A stretch of DNA of 64,000 bases from the NCBI GenBank assembly GCA_000091205.1, contig AP006490.2; one strand, given 5' to 3'. The notes under the pieces are model-generated. The model was not told the DNA's origin. It saw only the letters and a list, made by a program, of their open reading frames with translations, and ran no database searches. A program made the translations under genes and the position numbers. Position 1 is the first letter of the stretch; the number at the start of each line of letters is the position of its first letter. This document shows, one piece after another, positions 34,678 to 45,396 of this stretch. This DNA is from Cyanidioschyzon merolae (lineage: Eukaryota).

Positions 34678-34833
34678 GTGGTGCACAAAAAATCCGTAGC
34701 ATGGTGCGATGCGAGCGAGCGCAGCACCCAGGAGATACAGCAGGCGAATGTGCCGGTATTCTCGCCCGGCATCCGCGTCCGGCAAGAATAAAAAACGAGC
34801 TCAAATCGGCCATGCACGCGAGATACTAGTCCT

Positions 34834-35907
34834 TCACCTTCCGAGCGCTCTGCGTAAGGCGAGTCCAAGTTCGGATGGCGTCTGGACAACATGGGCGCCT
34901 GCCTCTCGTAGAGCCTGCACTTTGCTAGTGGCAGTTCCGAGGCCGCCGCTCACAATTGCACCGGCGTGACCCATTCGTCGTCCCGGCGGTGCCGACAAAC
35001 CCGCAATAAACGACGCGACAGGCTTATGACTGGACTTTTCGCGGATAAATGCAGCAGCCTCTTCCTCGGCCTGCCCGCCAATTTCCCCAATCATCACGAT
35101 GCCGTCCGTGTTGTCGTCCTCAAAAAAGTACGACAGACAGTCGATGAAACTCGTTCCGTTGAAAGGGTCCCCGCCGATCCCAATACAGAGCGACTGTCCG
35201 AGCCCGGCAGCGGTCGTCTGTGCAACCGCCTCATACGTCAGCGTCCCCGAGCGAGAGACAACGCCGATTCGCCCTGGTTGCACAATCGACGTCGGCATGA
35301 TTCCCAGTTTGCAACGTGCACCTGGATGGAGAATACCCGGGCAATTCGGTCCCACGAGACGCGACATCTGTGTGCGTTCAAGCCGTCGCTTGATTCGCAC
35401 CATGTCCTGCTGGGGTATGCCCTCTGTAATTACGACAATAAGAGGAACTTGCGCGTCGATGGCTTCCTCGATTGCTGCTGCGGCGGCCGGCGGCGGGACA
35501 AAGACCACGCTCGCGTTGGCACCGGTCTCTCGCACCGCTTCCGCGACAGTTCCAAACACCGGAAGACCCAAGTGCTTGGTGCCCGCCTTTGAAGGTGAAA
35601 CGCCGCAAACGATCTTTGTACCGTAGGCTATTGCTTGTTCAGAGTGAAACGTACCGTGTTTGCCAGTGAAGCCCTGTACGAGAACCCGGGTCTCTGGGCT
35701 CACAAACGGGGACGGCTTCCCGCGGAAAACTTGTTCCGTGTTCTGTTTGGTCGATCGCGCCTGATGGGTTAAAGTCCGGTACACGGCCAAACCGGACACG
35801 GGAAGCTGCGCCCAGCGCCTGGTCCCGCGTTCGAGAAAACGCAACATGCTGCAAGGACTCTGACCGTAAACGCTGAGTTTCCCGTGAAGCAAACGTAAAG
35901 CGTGCAT
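34834..35907 (-). CDS. Succinyl-CoA ligase (ADP/GDP-forming) alpha subunit, mitochondrial precursor
   Basis: Full-length match to SCS-alpha: [58 protein letters not shown] and MGHAGAIV. The N-terminal ~55 aa are Arg-rich and resemble a presequence. Confidence 0.92.
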   Translation of the reverse strand: MHALRLLHGKLSVYGQSPCSMLRFLERGTRRWAQLPVSGLAVYRTLTHQARSTKQNTEQVFRGKPSPFVSPETRVLVQGFTGKHGTFHSEQAIAYGTKIVCGVSPSKAGTKHLGLPVFGTVAEAVRETGANASVVFVPPPAAAAAIEEAIDAQVPLIVVITEGIPQQDMVRIKRRLERTQMSRLVGPNCPGILHPGARCKLGIMPTSIVQPGRIGVVSRSGTLTYEAVAQTTAAGLGQSLCIGIGGDPFNGTSFIDCLSYFFEDDNTDGIVMIGEIGGQAEEEAAAFIREKSSHKPVASFIAGLSAPPGRRMGHAGAIVSGGLGTATSKVQALREAGAHVVQTPSELGLALRRALGR

Positions 35908-36980
35908 ATCCCGCTTCCTAACCGTTCCTACTTGACGAGTCGATAGCGCCTAGAGCAGTCTCTGCAATCGACGTATCCTGCAGCAGTTTTGAGGACGTTC
36001 AGTTGACGATAGCATCATCCCGTGAGCCAATGTGGTCTCGATGCGGCATGTCGCGCGCGCCCCCAGCCTGAAGCGTGCGCGCATCGCCGGCTATGCCCAG
36101 GCCGATGGGTACCAGGGTGCAGATCCTGCGGATCTGACAGTTGGAGGCGATGTCCATTTTATACCAAGTCAAACTCGATGCGTCTGTGGCACTGTCCATC
36201 GGTTGCTCCGTAGGTATGAAGTTCACTTTGTACCAATTCAAAATCGATGCTGGAGGGCACTGTCCATTTCGTTCACACTTGCGATCTGGTAACGCGGGAA
36301 ATCCGCGGCGGGGCTTTGGCGCATGCATGAACGTGCAGCTCCTCAGGGGGCGGGGGGTCACGAAATCGCGATGCTCGTGACGACTGCAGCCACGGCAAAC
36401 GCTCATATGTCAACGAGTCCTGGATGCACGATGAGCACTTGTTGATCAGCTGCACCTATTCCATTTGGACATATGAAACTTTCAATTCGTAGAAGCGCGT
36501 TTTGTGTTGTTCTGCACGCGACGCTGTCGGCGAGAGCGGGCAATTCGTTGTCTCGTTCTATGACGTGCAGCGCGCCGCTGTCCGCCGCGAGCTGTCCTAC
36601 CACCGAGAGCAGGATACCGAGGGCGCTGCTGCGATGAGGACGCTCGCTTTCCGGATCATGACGACGTTGCTCGGGGCGCCACGTCCCGCCCGTTCCATCT
36701 GCTGCTCCAAACGAGAACATCGCGTCTAGTCAGTTGGATGCGGTGTCTACATTCTACTGGTTCACGCTAGGGGTTCACGCTACAAAGAGGCGAGCGCAGA
36801 TTCGCCGCAGATTCGCCGCATCTCCAGCCGAACACTGCCTGCTCTCGTTCCAAAGCAGCCCTTATACCAGATCCGAGCGAAGCGTATAGTGGATCATTCA
36901 AACCAAAAGTTCGACATTTGCCAAGGCTGCTCTTTTCCAGCGCGTGCATGGGTCACCCCATCAGCGAAAGCCAGCGGCGC

Positions 36981-38072
36981 TCACGATGGTTTCGCAGCGC
37001 GCTGACGGCACCTCTCTACGAGTTCCCAGTGCAGCGGCGTTCGCTGGCGCTCAATGAACCATCCGTTTCGCCATCGATATTCCTTGAATCCAGCAACGAA
37101 ATCAGGGATTTTCTTCGAATAATCGAGCAGAGACTGCAAGAGCTGCCCCCGATCTAGTGCATGCTTGCCTTCAAGCCCGACCTCGCGTTCCGCGATTGGA
37201 GCGAGTTCGTCAACGAGTTGTCGGACGCGGTCAGGCTGCTTTTCTGCGATCTCACCGACAGGCATGCCGTTTTGACTTTCGCTCAATACCCCAAAGATGC
37301 AAATCCATAACAGTTTCTCTATCATGCGGCAGTCGAATTCCTGTTTATCTTCGAGTACCGTGCACTGGCAGCCGCAGCTGCGCACACGAGCCGCAAACGC
37401 AGCGGCCCAGGGGCCCCAGACCACCGTTCCACCGCCGTCTGCGGGCGGGTCTCCAACGCGAGGCACCGCAAAGAACACGAGTGCCTGCGTAGCGTGTTCC
37501 AGGTTGTGCTCAAGCAGAAAAGAACGTAACATGCCGTTCTGCAGAAAAACAAGGTCGCCACGACGCACTGGCGGACACTTGGCCACTACTTCCGCCAGGT
37601 CATCGTTGCGGGTGCAGACGTAAATGGGACCTTTTCTCCCGCCCTCGATGCTGTCCTGTCTTCGTAAGAGACGTACCGGAGCCAGCTCATCTCCTTTCGC
37701 GCTTGCCAGCAACGTTCCGATACGGCCAGCACCAACAACTGTAGCAAGCTCGCCCTCAAGACTTGCCCCCAGCGTCATGATACCCGGAGAGCGCTCGGTT
37801 CGGTGTCGTCGACAGCTGGGCGAATTCAAGCGAGTTCCGCCGCACAGCCAGCTAGTAGGAGCACAGCGGGTATGCTGATGTATCCAGACTCCCGCTGTCG
37901 AGCTAACGAAGCCCAGCATCCTAGTCACAAAGCGCACACCACCTTTTCCCAGCCTTCGACACAAGTCCAACAGCACGTCTTTGAACTGCGTGCGAGCCGC
38001 TCTGATGCCGAGGCGTGCACGCAGTGGGATCACGGACCGAGTCAGCGGTGCCTGATGCATCAGCGTACGCAC
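36981..38072 (-). CDS. Ketopantoate reductase-like (ApbA/PanE family) NAD(P)-binding oxidoreductase, with ~100-aa N-terminal extension
   Basis: Rossmann motif ATVVGAGRIGTLLA. GDLVFLQNGM matches the KPR .VLTLQNGLG. MIEKLLWICIFGVLSESQNGMPVGEI matches the KPR C-terminal-domain region LWEKLLVNAAINPLTALL.VPNGEL. The extension may be a transit peptide. An alternative start is Met ~37780 (MTLGASLEGELA). Confidence 0.55.
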   Translation of the reverse strand: MRTLMHQAPLTRSVIPLRARLGIRAARTQFKDVLLDLCRRLGKGGVRFVTRMLGFVSSTAGVWIHQHTRCAPTSWLCGGTRLNSPSCRRHRTERSPGIMTLGASLEGELATVVGAGRIGTLLASAKGDELAPVRLLRRQDSIEGGRKGPIYVCTRNDDLAEVVAKCPPVRRGDLVFLQNGMLRSFLLEHNLEHATQALVFFAVPRVGDPPADGGGTVVWGPWAAAFAARVRSCGCQCTVLEDKQEFDCRMIEKLLWICIFGVLSESQNGMPVGEIAEKQPDRVRQLVDELAPIAEREVGLEGKHALDRGQLLQSLLDYSKKIPDFVAGFKEYRWRNGWFIERQRTPLHWELVERCRQRAAKPS

Positions 38073-39690
38073 GTGCGCAGTTTTCCTTCATGGATAAAAC
38101 GTTTCCTTGGGCCAGCGTTCTCCGATTATGCGCATTTTTCTTTTCTTTTCGGGTTTTTTCAGTGCACTGTGAAGTGTCCGTCAAACCCCTGCTCCCAAGT
38201 TACATTAGCTATACACGCTGTCGCAGGTGCGCATACGAGCACGCACAGGCGCAAGGATGATAGGTTTATGACTGACATATATGGATATTATTGTAAGTGC
38301 GGATCTGACGCTTCCAGCACAGGTAGGTGCGCAAACGTAGCCGCCTGGCATGCACATCCAAGATGGGCATGGTATACAAATGGACCTTCGAGCAACCGCC
38401 GGCTTTCTGCAGCCCGCTGCGCCCTACTTTCACTGGCGCGTCGTTGCTGGCGCTGAACGGCATGATGCTGTCCGTTCGGACCCAGTGCAGACAAATGTTG
38501 TCGTGTTTCGCTACCGTGTCAAAGCGTCATTCATCTGGTTTTTCTTTGGCCGATATCTGTGCACTGGGGCTCGCTTATCGCCCCGATCCGCGACATGCAT
38601 ACGGTCGACGGCGTATGGTCATCGTGCAATGAGCTGCTATCCTCAGAATCCAGAGTAAGAATCGCGCTATCGGATATCCCTGGCTAACGTTTAAGACCCT
38701 GCGTCCAAAAACTGATTCTCGGAATATACGGTTCCTATCGCCATATTTGAGGTCCTGGATGGAAAAAGGCGCCACCTCGAAAAGCGCTGTGCGGGGCATC
38801 CGCACGACTGAACGCAAGATCCTGGACGAAGTAAAAGCTAAAGCTCCAGCGTTGCCTATGCATTAGGGAAGCCTTTTTGAAGAAAAACTAGCAACCATGT
38901 AGTACAGCAATCATAACGTACAACATACCTATGAAGATCCTTCATGATATCACAAAGCGACTGACACGGCGAATATGCGGAGGCGAGTATTGGTATACCT
39001 CTATCTACAATAACAAGTTTAGGCATTCGAACAGGTCGAGAGCAAGGCCCCCGCGTGCGTACTATACTGGGAGAACAAGCATGTATCGTTCACATGCGCG
39101 CCATGCACCACCGTGCAGAAGCGTTCTTCAAAAGTAAATCTTGATGAGACGAACCAGGGAATATTCCCGCCCGCCCAAATTTGCGATTTCAATCGACATC
39201 CAGAGAAGAACCCACCAGTTAACCGGAGATACCCTCAATTCCACAAATCCTAAACTTGACTTGCTTCCGGGGATCATGGTTCGTTGAAGCAATCCTCCGG
39301 ATGCCGGGCCCAAAGTACGTGCCGGCGACGCTGTCGAGGCCGCCATACGCACATAGGTCTGCTTTGTATACCCTGTTGAGGGACGGATCGCTTGGTGAAG
39401 CCCGTGCATTTTCCCGTCCGCTCGAAGCCGCAATGCATCGGCTCGGCTAGCTAGGTGCGTTGTTGCCGAAGTCAGGGAGGTGCAGCGGCCCGAGCAGTCT
39501 CCTGCTACGCAGCGATCACTTCTCAGTAACAGAGGCCTGGGCTCTTCAGGACATGTGCATGTGATGGTCAGCAGTGCCTCCGAACAATGAACCAACTGTT
39601 CCGTTGCTTCCATGAACCACAGAGTCTATCGGCTCGCACCAGTCGCCGCAGTGCGCTAACGAAGATGCATACCTGCAGAAGAGGCTCCCG

Positions 39691-40236
39691 CTACCTTTGG
39701 TCGAGTTCTGCTCGGTCAAAGCGCGGAACTGCACTGCGCAGTCGTCGCATGTTTTCCTCATGCTCCTTCAGCGCTGCCTGTATTGACCTACGGCGCTTGT
39801 CGTCTAAAACCGCATCAATGAGACGCATTTGATGATGCCCCTCAAACAAAAGCTCTGGTTGGTCCGTGACAGGATCACCAGACAGGCCGCCGGTAGTCCC
39901 GAGAAAAACCCGGCGGCCCCGTCCAAAGTCCCAGCAAGGTACGCGCACAGACCAACGCGGTGTCGGTGTTAGTTGTAAGCGGAAGTATGGGAAATCGCAC
40001 AGCTCAACACCGAAAGCGACCTCTGACGAGCCGTCTATCCTGGATACGCAGCTCAGCACCGCGTTGAAGAGCGAGTAGTACCGCAGTTTTCCCTCTGCGA
40101 TGAAAGCCGGCGACGGGTGCAGCTCAAACTTGAGCGTTGGGCCCTCCCGAACCGACATGACAGGCCTGCTTTTCTCAGTGACCTCTCTAAGCGCTTCAAG
40201 TGGACGCAACGTCTGCGTCGTTGCACAACAGAACAA
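39691..40236 (-). CDS. Hypothetical protein (181 aa), no recognisable domain
   Basis: Long ORF in otherwise unassigned 38.1-40.3 kb interval. The call rests only on length and position. Confidence 0.2.
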   Translation of the reverse strand: MFCCATTQTLRPLEALREVTEKSRPVMSVREGPTLKFELHPSPAFIAEGKLRYYSLFNAVLSCVSRIDGSSEVAFGVELCDFPYFRLQLTPTPRWSVRVPCWDFGRGRRVFLGTTGGLSGDPVTDQPELLFEGHHQMRLIDAVLDDKRRRSIQAALKEHEENMRRLRSAVPRFDRAELDQR

Positions 40237-40348
40237 GTGGCGAAACGGCGGCTACTGCAGCGGTCCATTCCGAACTGCAATTACTTCAACGCATAGCAGA
40301 CTAGAATGGAACGGGTCCGCTTAGGTGACCCGGGCGACGACATTTTAG

Positions 40349-41692
40349 ACCTATGCGAGAATAAAATGGAAAGATGTCAGCTTCATGAATTCTGGTGTTT
40401 ACGCGAACCCATAGGCCTGCTACCAGGATGATGAACACCGGCCGGTTGGCGCTCTTTCTGTCAATGCTTTCTGGTCTCCTGCATCGTATCTCCGATACGA
40501 AATACGCTGGACTGCCGTCTCTCGCAAGTTACGCTGCCAGCAGTCGACGGGTATTCGTGGCGGCACGGGAGTCCCGATTTCGCTGCATGGGGCGGTTGTC
40601 AACGCTTTTCATCCAGAGTCGGAAGTTGCAATCAGCGTTTCTCTTGCCATTGGCATATTCCTTGGACACATCCCCGGTACGCCATCCGCAGCGTCGGCAC
40701 TCGGCTGGCGTCAGACGTTCGGTGGAGTCCGCCAGAACGCCCCCTTCGATGGCCATCCTGTGGCTCGTCCACGCTTCCCTCAGCGTCCGGTACGTGCACT
40801 GGACGGGTACAGAAGGCTCTGCTCGATACCCAGTTCCGTTGACACAACCGGTGCCGCATCCTCTGATCACGCGCTCCTTCCACGCGATCCCGACGGTGAG
40901 TACCCTGCCTGCTGCGTGAAACAGAGGATCTGTGGAACGCGGTGTTGTCTGTGGTGAAACAAGTACCAGAAGGACTATCCAGACTGGAGACGAAACCGAA
41001 AAGCTTCGCTGCGTCTATGCTCCCGCTGTACAAGCCGGTGACGCACGCTCCACACTGACACCGGTCGCTCCGACGACTACAGCCCGAGCCCAGGACCCGT
41101 TTCCATGCAAACGCAAGTGGCTGAGGCCCCTGGAAGCGCACCCCGCGAGCAGCCCCATGCTGGTGTGGAATGGCGTTCCATCTGTGGCCGCACTGAGCGT
41201 GTGGAGGATTCGTCCTTCCAATGGATTCGGTTCATTGGCGTTACAAGTGCAGTGAACATGCGGCATGAGCTTGTGGAGCATCCGTCATGCGACGGCGTTG
41301 CGTTCGTTTTCTTCGCATGGCTCCAGCGGCACTACTCTGGGGCGCCCGCGAGGTCTCTCGGGATCGAAAGATCGAAAAGCTCAAGAACGGGTGATTCGCG
41401 CACGCTACGGGCAAGCGGGGTAGAGGCATCGAGGCGTGCACGTATGGACTGGGTGATGGCATCGAAGGCTGATTCTGGGGAACGTTCACCGGCTGGGTTT
41501 CGAATGATGTTGATTCTGGTGACGTAACGAAACCGGCGGTGGCGATGCGTCGAATGAGCCACACGGACACGGCATCAGAGAACTCTGAGACTACCTAGGA
41601 ACGGGAGAGCCCTCATTGCTGTACTGGAATGTCGAGGCTGGGCATCTAGAAAGAGTCTCCGAACAAAACGTAAGGCTGGAGCAGAGCGTGCA
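40349..41692 (+). repeat. 1.34-kb dispersed repeat, copy B (direct repeat partner of 28647-29985)
   Basis: Same orientation as copy A and ~98.8% identical. The identical ORF set is regenerated: the 174-aa, 169-aa, 140-aa, 113-aa and 109-aa ORFs appear in both copies in the track. Confidence 0.9.
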
Positions 41693-42504
41693 GTTCAGCG
41701 TTCCACGCGAATCTGACGCAAGTGTTTTTGCGGCCTTCTTCTGTGCGTTCGCTTGCATTATCCCTTGCGCCAAGACGATAGCGACTGTTGCAACGAATCC
41801 AAATATTTTTTCGATCGTCGAGTTGGCAACGAAATGCAGATCATAAGTGCCTACCAAAGCACCCTGCTGTAGAGCATGGAGTCTGCTGGATCGTGGACAG
41901 CGTCGAATCCAAGTCTGGCACTTGAGCAGCGCAGCATACGGACGGTGTTCGTTGGACACTGTCAAGAATTCACGTCCTGGGTATCGCAGCAAGATCAACC
42001 GCGCGTGTTTAGTTCAAACCCAAGAAAAGATGGGTCACTCGGTAAGCGATTCACGTCCTGTCATAATCGGAAGGCGCAGCTGCCGTGCTCGTCCCTTGTA
42101 CCTGTTTGACTGGTGCCGAGGGTTCGCATTCATGAACGCCTAACAAGGCTTCCAAAGGATTGCTGCAGGCCTCGTGGGTATCGGTGCTTGACTGAGAGCA
42201 TACGGGCTCCGTATCGAGTATTGTCTAGATGTTGAAGATTCGTGCACGTTCGGCACCAGAATCGTCCGATGTTTTTGGTTCGCATTGTACAGAAAACAGC
42301 ATACGTGGCATGGATACAGCCTAATTTGATGTTATCTGGTGCTCCAGTCGGCATGTCGTCTCTGTATCATCCGGCACAAGTCGAATTACTGAAGCAGGTT
42401 ACCCGGCAGCATGCTCTGTCACGGTTTCCGGTATCGCAACGTTCCCCGCAGTTTCTCTCGCGTCTGACGCACGCCCGGCACCAGGTTTTCAAGCATTTCA
42501 GTGC

Positions 42505-42533
42505 ATATATGTGTATGTATGTATGTATGTGTG
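42505..42533. repeat. (TGTA)n microsatellite
   Basis: The run tatgtgtatgtatgtatgtatgtgtg is read directly from the sequence. Confidence 0.85.
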
Positions 42534-44383
42534 AAGGCCTCTCGGTCAACGCATGGGCCTGCATATGGATCAGAGCGCTTCACCGAATGATCTGCCATGG
42601 GCACGAAACCCAAGGCATTTTTGGTCTGTGGCACCCAGCTCAGACCAGAATATCACTGGGGCACTTATGAACGCGATGTGTGGTTTCATTGCCCGTGCCA
42701 CTGGCTGCTCCAGAGTGCGTTCCGCAAATACGCTTTGTCCATCATCATTCGACAGTCTATTTGAAGACATCTCTCGTATAACTGCTGCCACAGGTGCGGT
42801 GGCTCGCGTCGTCATCATGCGCTCCCGAGGCACAAGTTTCGCCTCAGGACGCCTCGACGCAACCTGAAAAACGCTTACTGAGCATCCTGCAGAGTCGCTG
42901 GATCGCCCGAGTTGTCCGCTATCCAGGGGCAGCAATTTTCATGGAAAATCACCAGAGGCCTCAGCCGAGATACCATTGGCGTCTCTGGATGATTCCGTTA
43001 CAGGCCAACGTGAGTCAGTAAGAGAAACCTCACACTCAGCACGGCAACACGTCGCAGGCGCGCACTAGTCGCGGTAGCCAATGACATGTTCAATGAACAA
43101 TCATCCGAAAACTTCGCATCGCAAATCTCAAAGTTGTTTCAGATTTTCTGAGGTATCTACCAGCGAGCCCTGCTACCTCGTCATGCTCAGAATCGATAAG
43201 CAGCGCTTTTGTAGGCCATTCCACGTGCAAATCCAGGTCGTGCTGCCCGTTTCTGTTGTAGCCTCCTGAGCAACTGGCGCAACATGCGTCCTCTCTAACG
43301 ACCAGTGACACGCTTTCTGGACGACCTTTGCGCCAAAAACCTCATACCCGGTGTTCTACAAAACAACCCCGACACTAGTATACGAACAGAAGCGCCTGCA
43401 ACCCCGCTAGGCTCGCAGTATGCATACTAGCAAACATTGTTGCCAGTGATCGATGAGTATTGGAGCATACGGGAGCGCCCCTACATTCAGTTGCAGGAGC
43501 CTCGATACCATCCATGGTAGCATGCGCGGGAATCGCGAGAAGCAGCACAGTGTTCCGTGGCTTGCCTGCATCGCCCGTGAGCGTTCTTCTGCAGGTGCTG
43601 CATCCTACCGGCACCTCTGGAATTATACTGTTTTGGCTCCAGAAGCGCTGCAGCGATGCGTCCCGCAGCGACAAGACCATTTCAGAGCGTGCTCAGTTCA
43701 ACGAGGAGTGCATTAAACATGAGCGTCTCATCAGTCCACAGTGAAGATCCCGGTCTCCGTCGAGGATTCGTGCAAGCCGCGATGCGGTACTATGGACTGC
43801 CTCGCGCGATCTACGCCCAGCACGGGACCTCGTTGCTTTTTTGGAAATCGTGGACGTAAGAGGATTGTGTCAGGGATTCGAAACAAAGCCGTTCCGGGAC
43901 CGAGAGATTTGCAACGTTCCAAGCGCTGCAACTGGTGGATGTCACAAGCCTAGTGCACCGCAGACGCCACGCACCGTCGATGCTGTCGCTCCGAGCATCG
44001 CTGGCAAGTCATACAAGGAGCGACTCATCAGGATTCCATGGCCGTTCGTCACGTACGATACAACCATGCGATGCAGCGTCAGACCAGATGAAAAAGTGGT
44101 CACTGAGCCCACCGTCCGTATCGAGTCGCTCGCAGATACACCAGCAACACACAGCGGATCCGTCTGCATCCGGGCCGATATGAGCCCAGAGCATGCTCCA
44201 TGGCGTGAGCAAACCATTGAGGCACGCCGGATACCGCCCAGTTCACAGCACAGATGCGTCGCCTCAGGGGGCTTATCAGCTTTGGTCTCAAAGCACTGCA
44301 TCATCCTTTCAGCGTCGAATCGTTGGCTTGTCATCTTTGATGCCAGTGGACACTAGGCCATGCCTGTGCACCACAGCTAGCTT

Positions 44384-45211
44384 TTAATTATCTGCCATTC
44401 GGTATTCTTCAAGTTCCCGGTCGAGTTCCTCAGCACTCTTTGATGGAGCTTCCTGTCCACGAGGGCGCGTTGGTCGCCGCATTCGACGACGCCCACGTGC
44501 CTTCGTGGTGCGTTTCGCAGTTGAATCGTGTTTCTCGGACTCGAAACCCGGGGTCGCTGTCGACTCAGTCTCCATTTGCTGACCATCGCCAGCTGCCTGC
44601 ATTCGAAGTCTGCGTCGACGCCGTGCTCTGCGACGCTCCATCGTTTGGGTGCTCTCGAGCACACGAACAACGTCCCGCACACCGCCCTTGCCGGCGACAA
44701 TGCGCAGTCCGCCAACCGCCTCAGCAGTAGGTTTTGGCACCGGCGGAAGGCGCGCGCCCCGTTCCTTGAGCCGAAGCTTCCGTTTGGGTGTCATAGACGG
44801 TGGAACAGCCGACCTCTGCGTTTGAGGGTGCGCCCCGGACGTATTCAGCGCAGCCGCGGCACCCGAGCTTTCGATCTGCACCACAAGCGGCTGCCCGTCC
44901 AGCGTCAGCGAGTGAAACTGTTTCACCGCGCGCTCTGCTGTTTCCATATCCGCGTACTTGACAGTTGCGACGCCCTTGCTCTTACCCTCACGATCATGGC
45001 GAATGAACGCGGTAATAGTTGGACCAACCGAGTTAAAAAGGTCGGCAATATCTTGAGAAGTCACCGACGGGGCCAGGTTGCTCACGGAAACAACAACAGC
45101 TTTCGAGCCGGGTCGCTGACCGGCCTGAACAACCCTGCGACGCCTTTGGGCTTTTCGAATTCTCCCCTGGGCGACCGCCTTGGGAACTCGCGCTGTGTGA
45201 TCAACTTGCAT
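44384..45211 (-). CDS. Aly/REF-type RNA export adaptor (THO complex subunit 4-like), single RRM
   Basis: The RRM VVSVSNLAPSVTSQDIADLFNSVGPTITAFIRHDREGKSKGVATVKYADMETAERAVKQFHSLTLDGQPLVVQI aligns with the ALYREF RRM ([23 protein letters not shown]...[41 protein letters not shown]). It is flanked by Arg/Gly/Ala-rich N- and C-terminal boxes. Confidence 0.7.
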   Translation of the reverse strand: MQVDHTARVPKAVAQGRIRKAQRRRRVVQAGQRPGSKAVVVSVSNLAPSVTSQDIADLFNSVGPTITAFIRHDREGKSKGVATVKYADMETAERAVKQFHSLTLDGQPLVVQIESSGAAAALNTSGAHPQTQRSAVPPSMTPKRKLRLKERGARLPPVPKPTAEAVGGLRIVAGKGGVRDVVRVLESTQTMERRRARRRRRLRMQAAGDGQQMETESTATPGFESEKHDSTAKRTTKARGRRRMRRPTRPRGQEAPSKSAEELDRELEEYRMADN

Positions 45212-45396
45212 ACGTTAAGCAGAACGGTAAGCGCGCTCTGTGGCGTGTGGAAACAGCAAGGAGATGAAAGCTGCTCTGTGTAGCGCAAGAAAGCGTCGTT
45301 CAACGGTAACGTTCGCGCTAAACTCAGCGGCAACACGCCGGCGTGCCGCGCACTCCGGAACGCTGGGATTCATTTTTTTTTGAATGCGCGGGGCAG

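Noticed and set aside
36330-36365. G-rich run (aggggg cgggggg), possible telomere-like motif
   Set aside because: It is a single occurrence and not tandemly repeated. No telomeric arrays were seen anywhere in the window.
28647-41692. Interpretation of the two 1.34-kb direct repeats as LTRs of an LTR retrotransposon
   Set aside because: The 11.7 kb between them encodes conserved housekeeping genes (ESF2, SCS-alpha, KPR-like) and no gag/pol/integrase. The LTR-typical TG...CA termini are not evident.
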